This document shows positions 26,810 to 41,227 of a stretch of 64,000 nucleotides of DNA, in pieces. The DNA comes from Eledone cirrhosa (Eukaryota): assembly GCA_964016885.1 (NCBI GenBank), contig OZ024747.1, positions 57,040,001 to 57,104,000 on the forward strand. The letters are read 5' to 3'. Within the stretch, counting starts at the first letter, position 1, and each line of letters starts with the position of its first letter. The position numbers and the translations under genes were made by a program. The notes below the pieces were generated by a model. It was not told the DNA's origin and did no database searches. It worked only from the letters and a program-made list of their open reading frames with translations.

Positions 26810-27150
26810 TTTTTCCCCTTCATCTAAAATCCCTCCACATCGACCTTCTTGTCTTCTTTTGTTCCTCCCTCCTTTTTACCCATGACACTATAGGTCTTCA
26901 CATCCTTTTAATTCATTCCACATTCATTTCCATCACCCCTCTCATCTAGTCAATGTCATCATTCATCAATATGTGACCCAACTATTCCATTCCATTTTTC
27001 TTCACAACATTCATTACTGGTTCTATTCCCAGCACCCTCTTTAACTCATTGTTTGCCTTCCTCTCACTCTCTCTCAGCAATACTCCATTCATCTACTAAA
27101 CCATTCTCATGTTGGTGCTTTTCATCTTCTCTACCCTTCCATAACCTCTT
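26810..27150 (-). pseudogene. Old RTE LINE 3' fragment
   Basis: Minus translation ANNELKRVLGIEPVMNVVKKNGME*LGHILM. Confidence 0.55.
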
Positions 27151-27247
27151 AGTCAAAATTATAAATTCCACATTCAAGAGAATTAGGGCCAGTTCAAACA
27201 AAATTATTGTTCAGGTAAAATTGTAATTATATGATTGGCAATATATG

Positions 27248-27424
27248 ATTGGCAGTATCAGTAAAAGGTCGGACGCCATGCTTTGCAGCAAAGATATACG
27301 GGCCTTTATGATCTGAGTTCAAATCCCGCCGAGGTTAACTTTGCCTCTCATCCTTATGGGTACGATAAAAAAAGTACCAGTAATACACTAGGATAATTGC
27401 TGGCCTTGTGCCAAAAATAGACAC

Positions 27425-27425
<1 letters not shown>
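27248..27425 (+). mobile_element. SINE family B
   Basis: Head, GAGTTCAAATCCC box and shared central domain. Confidence 0.85.
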
Positions 27426-27456
<31 letters not shown>

Positions 27457-27486
27457 TATATGTGGCAGGGGGGGGGTTATGTGTGT

Positions 27487-27650
27487 GAGAGTCCAGGGTT
27501 CAATTGGGGGTAACTACAGTTAGTAAAGTATTCAATACATTAGTTGAGTGTAAACATCAATTTAATATAAAAATAGCTCCTATAGGACTAGGACTGTCCT
27601 TTTGAATGAAACAGTCCTAGTCCTGTAGAAGACATTTCAATATTAAACTT
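27487..27650. mobile_element. Old asymmetric fold-back with 3' hairpin motif
   Basis: Arms 27561-27597 / 27611-27647; GAAACAGTC beside the centre; minus-strand ACTC..TATTGAATACT at 27527-27549. Confidence 0.6.
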
Positions 27651-27785
27651 TATATATATATATAAATGCATATATTTATATATGGGTTGGAAGGACCCTT
27701 CTCAGCCTGGCATATTTCCACTTGTCGCATTCCATCGTCCTCACCTCTTTCAGTATACATGTATATATATATAAATATATATATA

Positions 27786-28079
27786 TATTGTTATACTTTG
27801 GGAGGGTCATGTTGCCAATAAGAAACACACGCACCAGTTGCTTTCACTTCAATTTATTATATATTTATAAATTTACAAATTTATAAATTTATAAATTTCT
27901 GGTTGGTTGGTTGGTTCCACAACCAGATAGTTGTTTATATATAGTCATAGTCCTTTCGTCACACACTCTGTGACCTCTTCAGTGTGTTTCTTATTGGCAA
28001 CATGACCCTCCCAAAGTATAACAATATCGGTTTCAACACACGATTTCAGATAAAGAATCTTGCTAAACAAATTCAGAAA

Positions 28080-28082
<3 letters not shown>
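27786..28082. mobile_element. PLE fold-back of the 12194 family; minus-strand hammerhead at 27944-27984
   Basis: CUGAAGA-G-GUCACA..UGUGAC-GAAA-GGAC-UA-UGAC; short and long ends match those at 13148 and 12194. Confidence 0.78.
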
Positions 28083-28131
<49 letters not shown>

Positions 28132-28338
28132 TACACTTGATAGGCTTCTGCAGTTTCCATCTACCAAGTTTTACTCACATGGCATTGGTCAACCAAAAGC
28201 TATGATAGAAGACACTTGCCCAAATAGCATATACCTGCACCAGCATACACACACACACGGGTCTATATATATGTATGTGTGTGTGTGTGTATGTATTATC
28301 TGATTTCTCTCTAAAAGAGTTACATTTTCTCCATTTTG

Positions 28339-28386
<48 letters not shown>

Positions 28387-28955
28387 ATTTCTCAATATCC
28401 TCACAAATTGGGGACACACAGACAGAAATAAATAACAAAACAATAGATAAGAAAATTGAAAATACAGCAACTAAAACAAAAAAAAAAAAAAAATCAAAAC
28501 AAAAAAATAGATATAAGAACAAACAATAAAAAAAAAAAGAAAATCTATGGAAGAACATATTGACTTTATTTCATTATTGAACCAAAAAGATGAGATTTAT
28601 TGTATTTCTGGACAGATGGACAATTCTGTTGGTCATTAATAATTGGCAGTATGTTGTTACTTACTTTCATTTATTTTCAGAATAAAACCTTCCACAGTTA
28701 ACTCCCTTGTATAAATGTATGCCTCGTTTACTTTCACTTTCACTTTTTATCCACTTTCTATATCATACTCTTTCTCTCACCCTCTCTCTCTGTATATTAT
28801 TTTCTTTATTTTTCTCACTCCCTCTATATTATTCATATTTTCTCTCTTACTCTTACTTTCTCCTCAATTTTTCCTTTTCTCATTTATTTGTCTTCATATG
28901 TATATAGATCTGTCTACATGTTTATATATTTCCTTACCAATTTATTAATCAATTG

Positions 28956-28997
<42 letters not shown>

Positions 28998-29120
28998 TTA
29001 CATATAAATATATATATACACACTTACATCAATACACACATGCATACAAACACACACACACACACATGTATACACACACATGTATACACACACATGTATA
29101 CACACACACACACACACATG

Positions 29121-29216
<96 letters not shown>

Positions 29217-30185
29217 TATACATATATATGCATTTGCTTTTACAAACAAAGAAAAAAGAACTCAATACATAGATCAATAGAAACTGAAGTTTCTTCAGTC
29301 AAGACTCTGCATTTCATATTGCTGATTCTTCAAATGATTGAAACAGAGAAAGAGTGTGACAATATATAAGCAAAAATATTCATAAACATATGAAAATATG
29401 ATTTGTCATCAAGATTTGATTGGCTAATGGTTTTCTAGCAACCAATGTGCATCATGCATTCATCTATTCAATTCTCATACACAGAACATACATTCATCTA
29501 TTCACATGCATGTACATGTGATATTTTAATGTCCTCAGTATCATATGGGTAAAACATACAATAGCAAGGATAGTGTTATTATTAATGCAGTTTTAGTGTC
29601 GATGAAAAACTGAATGTTCATTCTTTCCATAATATGTCCATATTTTAGAGTATGGCAAATCCATTATGTAGGAAATTAACTCTTTTAGGCAGTTTGTAGT
29701 TGGAAATTTCTCAATAAATATTGATGGTGATGTCTGCAAGAATTCACCAATTTCAGTGCAAAAAGGTAGTAATATTTATATTTCCTTGAGAAACAAAGAC
29801 CAAAGTCTTTCTAGAGCCAGTAATGTCGAGGGATGTGTGTTCCATAATGGAGCAATCACTTCAATAATCATATTTAATGTGAAATGATGTACATATGCCT
29901 TATACATCAAATGGAATGGGAGTGGAATGGACTTCCATCACTTTCAATGATGACTGTTTCAGTTGTTCAATCAATGGTGCTGTAGATTTGTGCCTTAGAC
30001 TGATACAAAATAGCCGATCCTCGTGTCACAGCTTTAATAAAATATCCATTACTCTACTTATGTACTGAGTTTCTTTTCTCCTATTTGTACAGCCCAAGTT
30101 ATGCACAGAAACACACACACACACTCATTATATAGTACCAGTAATGCACTGGGTAATTGCTGGCCTTGTGTCAAAAAGTAGAAAC

Positions 30186-30229
<44 letters not shown>

Positions 30230-30788
30230 ATGTCTATTTTCCCTACTAGTAAATGTTGAATGCATCAACACAGACAGTCAGTACTCAAGCAGAGCCATCA
30301 ATCTCCAGTTTGACCAAGAGCATGTATCTCACTTGTATACATTAGTGTACACTATTGATTGCTTCAACAGACTGGGGGCTTGACATATGATCCTGCACTC
30401 AACTAAGTGCTTGTGTCATGGCACCAAAGCCAGAGAAGTTGTCATGTCTTTGACATAGCTCAAAAGTCCTCCTGATCTTTTGTTTGGTGGGTTTTCTAAA
30501 GCTGGATGCCCTTCTTAACACCAATTACATTACAAAGTGTACTGAATGCATTTATCATATGGATCACCAACACTAAAGAGTCCTGCGCCAGTTCTTTAGC
30601 CTCCTCTTCATCAACATCATATAACAAAAATATATTTATATATGGCATCCAGCTGTAGAAACCTAGCCAGAAACAGTTCTATATGAGCAAGACATGGTCA
30701 CCTGACCCAACTTGCCTCTAATGGGACAACCTCTTTAACTCATGCTAGCATGGAAAATGGACATTAAATGATGATGATGAATACAATC

Positions 30789-31050
30789 ATGAATTATTAA
30801 GGCCAGTTACTATGATGTTGTCATACTACGGACATGTTTTGTTTGACTGGAGAGCCAACTTGTTCAATGTGTGCCAATGGAGATATTCATTGGCACAGGT
30901 TGAACAAGCTGGTCTTTTAATCCAACAAAACATACATCCCTGGTATGGCGCCGTTGTAGTAACTGGACTTAATAATCATATTAAAACTCATCCTACAGGC
31001 TTCAGTTGCTCTATACCTTAGATATCTGTACCAAACTATTACTACTATGC
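30789..31050. mobile_element. Old diverged fold-back
   Basis: ~90-nt inverted arms, centre ~30883; ACTC at 30986 just past the short-arm equivalent. Confidence 0.6.
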
Positions 31051-31507
31051 ATATATGTATACATACACACACACACACACACACATGTATGTAAATATAT
31101 ATATATCTATATGCACACATATATATATATGTGTGTGTGTGTGTATGCATATATATGCACAAACATATATAGAATTGGATTCACAATCATGAGGTTTTGA
31201 GTTCAATTCCTGGACTGGGTGATGCGTTATGTCCTTGTGCAAGACACTTTATTTCACGTTGCACATTCTACTTGGAGTTGTGACCCATAGATAGTATCAG
31301 CAATTGGAAAGACCAATAGAAACATTGTTTCCTTGGTCTGATTTGATGAGGTCTGGGATTTTGTCAATCAATTGTCGACACATATGTATACTGACATATA
31401 TATAATCACATCACTTTAACTATTTCAAGTATTAAACTAATATATTTCTTCCATGTACTATGCTGTTTGTTTTGTTATTTCTGTTTACCTTTTACATACA
31501 TATATAT

Positions 31508-31590
<83 letters not shown>

Positions 31591-31638
31591 CATACAATGA
31601 TATTAAATAAATGGAAAGTATATTTATAAAACCATATT

Positions 31639-31699
31639 TATTCTATTATATATATTTCAAGGGTACCAACATTTTGGTACGCTATCATCAGATAAAATA
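31639..31699 (-). ncRNA. Type I hammerhead motif with (UA)n stem III
   Basis: UAUUUUAU-CUGAUGA-..GUACCAA/UUGGUAC..-GAAA-UAUAUA-UA-AUAGAAUA. Confidence 0.7.
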
Positions 31700-32327
31700 C
31701 GAAGTGTGTTTTATAAATTTTGACATAACCAAGGATAATATACCTTAACGGTTCAAGTTATCCTTCAGTTATAAACATTTATATTTGTTGAATTACCAAC
31801 AAATTGAATATCCCTTCTGCTTATATATATCTATGTGTGTCCATGATTCAAACCAAACTAAATTATAACCTAAATTGTTTAACATTCTCGCCACCAGGAC
31901 ATGAAATAAAAGGACATATTCATGTATAAATTTCGAAATTACAATATCTGTGTCATTGTCTTTTTCTTTAATTCCTATCATAATTTCCTTCTCCTATTCT
32001 GTCATTTCTATTTTCATGATTGTATTTCCTTCATTTCTTCAAGTTATCTTTCTTTCTATAAACATTTATCTATATTTATTTTTATATCTAACTCTTTAAT
32101 ATACTTTACATCTGATTTTCATATCATTCTCGTTTTTTATCTTCAACTCTTATTCAGGCGTTTCTATATTCTTTCCCTCAACTTTCTTTATATTTCTTCT
32201 TACTGTATGAAGATCGAGAACTTTTTTATATGCAATAAAAATTTACGTTTTATAGGAATATGTTAGTTCTCACTATTCTTTGTGTATGTGTGTGTACAAT
32301 AATAAATATATATATAGATATATTGTC

Positions 32328-32370
<43 letters not shown>

Positions 32371-32393
32371 CATTTATATATATATATATGTAA

Positions 32394-32425
<32 letters not shown>

Positions 32426-33349
32426 GTATATATAAATATATATACATACATACATTTAAAGATATATATATATATATTTTTTTTATGTATGTATATGTGT
32501 TACCATTCTTTTTACCATATTCTTTTCATACCATTATTATCTGAAATTGCTATGGAATGCCAAAATTTAATTATAATACTGAGATGGTCAATGTTTTAGT
32601 TTAAGACTGCTATCAGGAATTATATATTTCCTTCCTTCATAACTATATAAAAAAAAATGAAATACCAAAAAAATAAAATACAAACAAAATTGTAAATATA
32701 TAAGAATATTTTTTTTTATAAATATTATATAAAACATGGCGGGGACATCCTTTACATAGTACATCATGATCATCAACTTCATCATCATCATTATCAACAT
32801 CAACAATATCAACAGTATCATCATCATCATCGTTGCAATCTTTATTGTATAACATCCATTTTTACATGTTGTCAAGGGTTGGCAGGGTCATCACAAACCA
32901 AATCAATACTTACTCTGAGCAAATCAATACTTACTCTGAGCTCTTGTCCAACTCGATCAAAGTCCATGTCACGCCTATATAAGACTAAATGAGGCGCGTG
33001 TTAAATGTCGAGTGAACCTGACTGCTATTTTTAGTAGCATACGTTTTATGAGACTCGCTGGGCACTGAATGCAATGTACGTTATTCTAAACATGTGCCTC
33101 ATTTAGTCTTTTAAGAAACCTAGAAGTGAAAGGTTTACTAATTCGTACATCCATTGAAGAGCAATCGAATTGGGAATTCTTACCTTGATGCAAAACAGTT
33201 TTACCAAAGGCTGTCTGGATATGTGATAGTTATCATGATTCAATTTGTACTATTTCTTAATTTATTCTTTTAATTGAGTCGGGCAAACCATATTGTTCAT
33301 AGTTAGTATCTTATTCACCCTAGCGATATAGGTCCCTTATGATTTGATC

Positions 33350-33750
33350 ACATCATCATCATCATCATCATCATTTCCTTTTACGTCCACTTTTCCCTGC
33401 ATGCAAGGGTGGGACGGGAACTGATTCTGGCTTGATTTCTACAGCTGGATTCCCTTCCTAACACCAACCTCATTTACAGTGAGTGCTGGGTGCTTTTTTC
33501 CATGGCGCCAACACGTCCACTTTACAGTGGGGGCTGGGTGCTTTTTTGACGTGGCACCTCCACGACCACTTTGCAGTGGAATGATAGGGACCCCAGTCCC
33601 TATCATCTCATTTCTACAGCTGAGTAAACTGGAGCAATGTGAAATAAAGTGTCTTGCTCAAGGAAACAACACATCACCCGGTCTGAGAATTGAACTCACA
33701 ACCTTTCGATTGCAAGCCCAATGCTCTAATCACTAAGCCATGTGCCTTCA
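33350..33750 (-). mobile_element. SINE family A, full length, tail type 1
   Basis: Reverse complement of 11447-11783 with one extra internal repeat unit. Confidence 0.88.
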
Positions 33751-34009
33751 TATATGTATATATCTGTGTTTATCTCTTTTTATTATATAAAATGATATTA
33801 TAGGACCCGGAAAATTTTTTCATTGAGGTATTTTAATTGTAATACTTTTGATATATATATATATATATATATATAAATATATAAAGTAGGAGGTGAGTTT
33901 TATTGAAGCACAATAAAGCAATGCAAATATCGGATAAGTAGCACTCTACAGTTTGTAGGACAGGAGTATAAATAAGATAAGATCAAAAGATGGTTAAAAG
34001 AGTTCCAAG

Positions 34010-34080
34010 TATTTTATTATGCGCATTTCAAAGTCAAATATCATCATGGGATGATATCTGCGTTCTCATCAGATAAAATA
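34010..34080 (-). ncRNA. Type I hammerhead motif
   Basis: Inverted copy of 34215-34285. Confidence 0.75.
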
Positions 34081-34214
34081 GGGATACATGATATGAAGCT
34101 TAAAAAACACTTGTGAATAGTGAAGTTTTAAATCAACATATGTTAATTTAAACATATGTTGATTTAAAACTTCACTATTCACAAGTGTTTTTTAAGCTTC
34201 ATATCATGTATCCC

Positions 34215-34285
34215 TATTTTATCTGATGAGAACGCAGATATCATTCCATGATGATATTTGTTTTTGAAATGCGCATAATAAAATA
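34215..34285 (+). ncRNA. Type I hammerhead motif
   Basis: UAUUUUAU-CUGAUGA-stem II (CAGAUAUCAU/AUGAUAUUUG)-GAAA-UGCGCA-UA-AUAAAAUA; 8-bp stem I, palindromic stem III. Confidence 0.78.
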
Positions 34286-34315
34286 CTTGGAACTCTTTTA
34301 ACCAACTTTTGATCT

Positions 34316-34390
<75 letters not shown>

Positions 34391-34397
34391 CACACAG

Positions 34398-34442
<45 letters not shown>

Positions 34443-34443
34443 C

Positions 34444-34494
<51 letters not shown>

Positions 34495-34495
<1 letters not shown>

Positions 34496-34824
34496 GGCTT
34501 ATTGGTTAGAGCATTGGGTTTGCAATCGGGTGGTGTGTTGCTTCCTTGAGCAAGACACTTTATTTCACATTGCTCCAGTTCACTCAGCTGTAGAAATGAG
34601 ATGATAGGACTGGGGTCCCTATCATTCCACTGCAAAGTGGTCGTGGAGGTGTCACAGTAAATGAGGTTCATGTTAGGAAGGGCATCCAGCTGTAGAAATC
34701 AAGCCAGAATCAGTTCCCGTATGAGCAAGGCATGGTCAGCTGAGCGGACACTGCCCACAACAGGATAACCTGTCTAACCCATGCTAGCATGGAAGAACAG
34801 ACATAAAACGGTGATGATGATGAT

Positions 34825-34826
<2 letters not shown>
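34495..34826 (+). mobile_element. SINE family A, tail type 2
   Basis: Same head and CORE-like body; alternative tail after GAATCAGTTCCCGT. Confidence 0.85.
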
Positions 34827-34878
<52 letters not shown>

Positions 34879-35079
34879 CCAGTGTTGAACAAATAGGTGA
34901 CAATCGGTCAGTGGCATGGCACAGCTTCTAATCGGGCTCATCTATTTACAACTGAATCGAACATTATTATTAATGTTTCATATGACCCATACCTACATAT
35001 GTATAAGTATACATGATGTGTGTGTGTGTGTGTGTATATATATATGTGTGTGTACGTGTGTACGTGTGCATACTTATAT

Positions 35080-35291
35080 ATATATATATATATATAATAT
35101 ATATATATATATATAATATATATAATATATATATATAATATATATATATATAATATATATAATATATATAATATATATATATAATATATATATATATAAT
35201 ATATATAATATATATATATATATAATATATATATATAATATATATATATAATATATATATATAATATATATATATAATATATATAATATAT

Positions 35292-35336
<45 letters not shown>

Positions 35337-35406
35337 TATAATATATATAATATATATAATATATATAATATATATAATATATATATATATATAATATATA
35401 TAATAT

Positions 35407-35455
<49 letters not shown>

Positions 35456-35468
35456 TAATATATATAAT

Positions 35469-35563
<95 letters not shown>
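35080..35563. repeat. (TA)n/(TAA) compound microsatellite
   Basis: Pure A/T tract of ~480 nt. Confidence 0.95.
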
Positions 35564-35565
<2 letters not shown>

Positions 35566-35760
35566 CCCTACTTAAAATTTCTTCTTCATAGTGGTGATAA
35601 TAGGCAAACATTTTAAGTGTTCCTTTCTGTCAGAGTTTTATTGTCCAAATTCCAACAAAAGAAGCTTCTAACTTAGTTACAGACTATTTCTTACTTTGAG
35701 AAATATTTCAGAATGGATAGAGAAAATAATTCACCCACATACATATACATGAATGTGTGG

Positions 35761-35793
<33 letters not shown>

Positions 35794-35911
35794 TGTGTAT
35801 ATATGTATGTGTGTATATATTTGCATGTGAGTATGTATGGGTAGTTGAAAATGTCTATCTCTTTATCTAATTAAGTATCTATCTACTCATACACTCCATT
35901 TATATATATGA

Positions 35912-35965
<54 letters not shown>

Positions 35966-35974
35966 GGGTTATGC

Positions 35975-36007
<33 letters not shown>

Positions 36008-36053
36008 TATACATATACACACACATAAACTCATAAATATAAACATATGTATG

Positions 36054-36096
<43 letters not shown>

Positions 36097-36310
36097 TATT
36101 CAACAATACTTTAGTAATATGTTATATTTTCTGTAGTTATATTTTCATAATTATTTTAGTTCTTGCAGTCAAGAAAGTCATGGGCAAACTGAAGCTCTTT
36201 CATATTTTTCTTGTTTTTTTTTAACCATTTATTTTATTTTATCACATTTCATTACATTACTTTATATTATGATAATATATCGAGTTATATTATATTACAG
36301 TGTTCGGTGA

Positions 36311-36491
36311 ATTGGCAGTATCGTTAGAGGGTTGGACGCCATGCTTTCTAGCATAGTTACGTCCCTTTACAGTCTGAATTCAAATCCCGCCGAGGTTAAC
36401 TTTGCCTTTCATCCTTACGGGGTCGATAACATAAAGTACCAGTAATGTACTGGGTAATTGCTGGCCTTGTGCCTAACGTAGAAACAATTAT
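36311..36491 (+). mobile_element. SINE family B
   Basis: Full-length match to other copies. Confidence 0.87.
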
Positions 36492-37139
36492 ATTACAGAG
36501 TTGTATATATTATAGTATATATAGGGATATATGGTTTTGTGGTGAGGCTGTTCAGTCCATGATCATATAAGTTTACGAGTTTGATTCTCCATACCAGGCT
36601 GCATATCTTACCCTTGAGCAAGAATGTTAAAATTTTTGACATTGCTGTATTTCATTCAATGATTTGCTGTATTTCATTGCTGTATTTCATTCAATGATTT
36701 GTACCTGTAATTGAAGGGGCCAGCCTTGTCATATGTGTCACTTGAATCTCCCTGAGAACTACATAACTACACTAAATATATGTGACTGTGCAATGCTCAG
36801 CCACTTTCAATTCTATTGATTGAATCAAATGGTGCTCTCATCTTTGGTAACAATGGATGTTGAAGAACAACAGCAAGAACCATAGTACACATATGATAGG
36901 ATTGCATAAGGGTCTCAAACATGTGACATGTGGGCCACATGCAGCTCACAAACTAGTTTTCCATGGCAGAATGATTTTTGTGACTAATTAAGAAAATTTT
37001 GAAACAGAAAATGTGTTCCCCTACAGGAGTTACAGGACAAAACAAAATGAAACACAAGTCTCAGTTAATATATTGTCAGATACCTAAGTCTTGCTCATAC
37101 ATTCCATATTTGGGGATTTCTACATCTGGATGTCATTTC

Positions 37140-37600
37140 TAAAACCAACCACCTTACAGTATGTACTAAGTACGTTTTAGCTTGGCACTAGTGCTACAAG
37201 TTTTTTTAGTGTACTTGATACTTTTCATCATGGCACCAGCACTATAAATCTACAGAATATACTGGATGTATTATATTGTGACACCAAATTTACTGTTTGA
37301 CAGAGTAAACTGAATGCATTTTATCATGTCATCAGCACTAATACTTTACAGAGTGTACTGGGTGCATTTTATCATGTTATAAGCACTACCATTTGACAGA
37401 GTATACTTGATGTATTTTATCATGGCACTAACACTACCAATTTACATTGTACTAGGTGCATTTTATCATAACATTAACACTACCATTTACAGAGTGCACT
37501 GGGTGCATTTTATCATAGCATCAGCACCACCAATTTTCCTTATACTTGGTGCATTTTATCATAGCATTAACACTACCAATATACACAGTATACTGTAGCA
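37140..37600. repeat. Degenerate ~46-bp tandem array related to the internal repeat of SINE A
   Basis: TTTACAGAGTGTACTGGGTGCATTTTATCATGGCACC-like units compared with TTTACAGTGTGGGCTGGGTGCTTTTTTGCCGTGGCACC at ~63517. Confidence 0.65.
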
Positions 37601-38439
37601 TGTTATCTTGTGTCTTTCTTCTTTTATGAGAACAAGGTGTAATTTAATAAAGATTCCACTACTAATTCTTGTATGTCAAGCACACATGTAGAGGTACATA
37701 GTGAAATGTACCACACAGTGAGATGAACCTTTGAACCATATGGCAGCTAAGTAAACTTAACACACAGCACAATTATGCTTGCAGTCATAATAAAATAGCT
37801 CAATTAATTTTCCCTTGTGATCAAACATTTCAAATACTTATAGTGAGCCTCAAGTTTGAAATAAATACATATATAAATATATAAATATATACATAATGTA
37901 TTATCTGCTGCAGCATGAGGTGTACACTTGATGTGCATGACATGCAATCTAACTAGAGAAAGAGAGCAAGAGAGAGAGAAAGAGAGAGAGGGAGAATCCT
38001 TCCACCCCGCTCTCTGTCCCGCCCACTAGTAGCATTTCTTGTGAATGGTTTGGGTGTGTAGTTAATAATGAAGAATGGTGAAATGAGAAATGAAAAATTT
38101 TCTTGTGCAAATGATAGGGGATGACGTATGTGTTTGGAGGGGTGTGTGTGAAAGTGGCATGTCAACTAAGAATTAGGGGATTTAATGAAAGAGTAGGGAA
38201 CACTTAAAGGTTCTCATTGCAATTGCATTGCTTGGTGGTTGTTGTTGTTTTTGTTGCTGTTGATGTTGGTGGTAGTAGTTGCAGTGAGAAGGAAGGCGAA
38301 AGGTGTGTGTAGGAGTGGGGGTGGAGAGTAAATTCGGAAACATGAAAGCAACGGAGCCAAACCATAAATATCTACTGGTAATAATTGACAGAGAATTACA
38401 GTAGCTAAATAAATAAATAAATAAATAACAGAAACAGTA

Positions 38440-39385
38440 ACAACAATAATAGCATCACTATCAACACCACCAACAAACAACAACAGCATCTACATCACCA
38501 CCACCACCAACAACAAACAACAACAACAGCATCTACATCACCAACAACAACAACAACAACAACAATAACAACAACAACACCTCAACTAACACCACCACCA
38601 ACAACATCAACAGCAGTAACAACAACATCAACACCACCACTAACACCACCACCACCAACAACAACAACAACAACAACAACAGCAACAGCAACAGCAACAA
38701 CAACAACAACACCAACACCAACACCAACACCAACAACAGCATCTACATCACAACTAACACCACCACCACCAACAACATCAACAGTAATGACAACACCAAC
38801 ACCACAACTAACACCATCACCACCAACAACAACACCAACACCAACATCACCACCAACACCACTACCACCTCCACCAACACCAACACCAATACTACCACCA
38901 GCACCACCAAAACCACCAATACCACCACCACCACCACCACCAACACTGCCACCAACACCAACACCACCACCACCAACACCACTACCACCACCACCAACAC
39001 CAACACCAACACCACCAACACCACCAATACCACCACCAACACCAACACCGCCACCAACACCAACACCACCACCCACACCACCGTCAACACCAACACCACC
39101 ACCAACACCACCACCACCAACACCACCACCACCAATACCACCACCACCAACACCACCACCAACACCAACACTACCACCAACACCACCACCACCAACACTA
39201 CCACCACCAACAACACCAACACCACCACCAACACCACCACCACCAACACCACCACCACCAATACCACCACCACCAACACCAACACTACCACCAACATCAC
39301 CACCAACACCAACACCACCACCAACACCAACACCACCACCAACACCAACACCACCAACACCACCACCAACACTAACACCAACAGA
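38440..39385. repeat. (CCA/CAA)n low-complexity tract
   Basis: Source of the Pro/Thr and Gly/Val pseudo-ORFs. Confidence 0.9.
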
Positions 39386-39654
39386 GTCTACTCTGCCACA
39401 TAACAGCACAGCTTTCACATACACAACAAATACCAGTAATTTACTACGGTGAAAGGGATTAATATATTCAACTGTATTTCCAATCTTATCTATAACAAAG
39501 ATGAAAATCTTCAATGTTTTTAGTGTTGGTGTCCAATAACGCTGTGATAAACAGGCTAGGTGACACTCCAGAGTAATAAGACTCATATTTTAGCCTTAAT
39601 AATATTGTATATATATATATATATAGTTATGTAATAAACAACATAAGGCAATTA

Positions 39655-39715
39655 TTTCATTTACCAGTGGTTTCTTAAAAGCAAAAAAATGTTGCTTTCA
39701 ATCATCAGAATGAAA
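39655..39715 (-). ncRNA. Type I hammerhead motif
   Basis: Inverted copy of 39806-39867. Confidence 0.78.
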
Positions 39716-39805
39716 AAATCCTGGTGTATTTATTGGCGTTGGATTTTAAAAATAAAAACAGGTTTTTGTTTTTAAAATCCAACGCCAATAAATACACCAG
39801 GATTT

Positions 39806-39867
39806 TTTCATTCTGATGATTGAAAGCAAAATTTTTTTGCTTTTTAAGAAACCACTGGTAAATGAAA
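39806..39867 (+). ncRNA. Type I hammerhead motif
   Basis: UUUCAUU-CUGAUGA-UUGAAAGCAAAA/UUUUGCUUUUUAA-GAAA-CCACUGG-UA-AAUGAAA; GUA site. Confidence 0.82.
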
Positions 39868-39958
39868 TAATTGCCTTATGTTGTTTATTACATAACTATT
39901 AAGCTCTGTTACCTACATAGAGCACTCTTTTTTCCTGGACTTTTCCGACGGAATTACT

Positions 39959-39987
<29 letters not shown>

Positions 39988-39989
<2 letters not shown>

Positions 39990-40510
39990 ATATATTAATA
40001 AATGGAAACAAAATTTATAAAACCATAATTATTTTCAAAAATTGAAAAAAACAACAGTTTATTTAAATTAAACTCTCAATTTTTTGTCTCTCTCCCTTTT
40101 ACATCTATTTTGTCTCTCTCCTTTTACATCTATTTTCTTCCAACAGTTTAATTTAAATAAACCGTTGTTTCTTTCAATTTTTCTGACACTCATTTGCATA
40201 CTGACTCACAACTTTGTATCACCCTCAATTATCTCCACTATCCAGCGAATTTCAACCATTGAGATTGTCTTTTTTCTGGGTATGTCAATATTTATTTATA
40301 AAACAAATCTGTATTTTACCTGATGAAAATGCACCATAATTTACCTTGGTCGCCCTTGAAATATATATAATAAAATAATTATGGTTTTATAAATATAATT
40401 TCCATTTATTAATATATTGAATATTTACTCCACAAATCTGTTGAGTGCTTCATATCAGTTATAAAATTGTTTAAGCTTGTTGAATCCCAACAAATTAAAT
40501 ATAACCTCTG

Positions 40511-40513
<3 letters not shown>
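39988..40513 (+). mobile_element. PLE 3' end with short inverted copy at left; hammerhead at 40312-40377
   Basis: 39988-40035 is the reverse complement of ~40372-40419; UAUUUUAC-CUGAUGA...GAAA-UAUAUA-UA-AUAAAAUA; ACTC..TTGAGTGCT at 40427-40449. Confidence 0.78.
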
Positions 40514-40566
<53 letters not shown>

Positions 40567-40569
<3 letters not shown>

Positions 40570-41175
40570 TGGCTGCCAACTCGTTTTCGAGTACGGCCAC
40601 TACTTTATATCCATGTAGGAGAACCCCTACCGATGCGCTGAACGAGTGTGACTTTTTAGTCCAGCCAGCGACTTGAAAACTCTGGTACAAACACTACACT
40701 TGTGACAATTATTGACACATAGTGCTGGGCCCATGGTACCATGTGACGGCAAGTGCAGAGAGATCTCCAGATATAAAGCAATGCCTGTGCCGTGAAGCTT
40801 TTATAGTGAGCAAAGGCACTGCACAAAGCCAGTCCCACTCTCTTAACCAAGATGATATTTACCAAAAAGAAGAACAAGTCAACATCATTGGATACCATCA
40901 GGGTTGCAGGTGTTATATCAGAGTTTTCCTTCTCCTAGAATTCTGCTTTGACAAAGGCTAAGGGGTCATCTCTCCCAGTGATTTCGGATGGCCATTGACT
41001 CTTAAGAGCTCATTTGCCCTTTGACAGGTTTTGTTTTTAGTCCTGCAGGATGTCCAAAGTCACCCTCCTCACCAAGATATGTTAGGTCACCACTTGGTGC
41101 TACTGGTAACATGTATCCCAGTACAACCTGTCTCATGGTCGGGTCGTTGGCGACTAAACTGGCAACCCCACTAAG
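40567..41175 (-). mobile_element. Family C copy with ~100-nt terminal inversion
   Basis: ~41077-41175 is inverted relative to the 13288 and 16848 copies. Confidence 0.78.
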
Positions 41176-41227
41176 GATATATATATATATGTACATACAA
41201 ACACACACATATACAAATGAACATTAT

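Larger units (their letters stand above)
33884..34318. mobile_element. PLE-type fold-back with two hammerheads, in (TA)n
   Basis: ~170-nt near-perfect arms centred ~34147; left arm extends through ACTC...GAGTGCT (minus, 33940-33967). Confidence 0.88.
39625..39962. mobile_element. PLE-type fold-back with two hammerheads, in (TA)n
   Basis: ~135-nt near-perfect arms centred ~39760; right arm continues through GCTC...GAGCACT (39903-39926). Confidence 0.88.
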
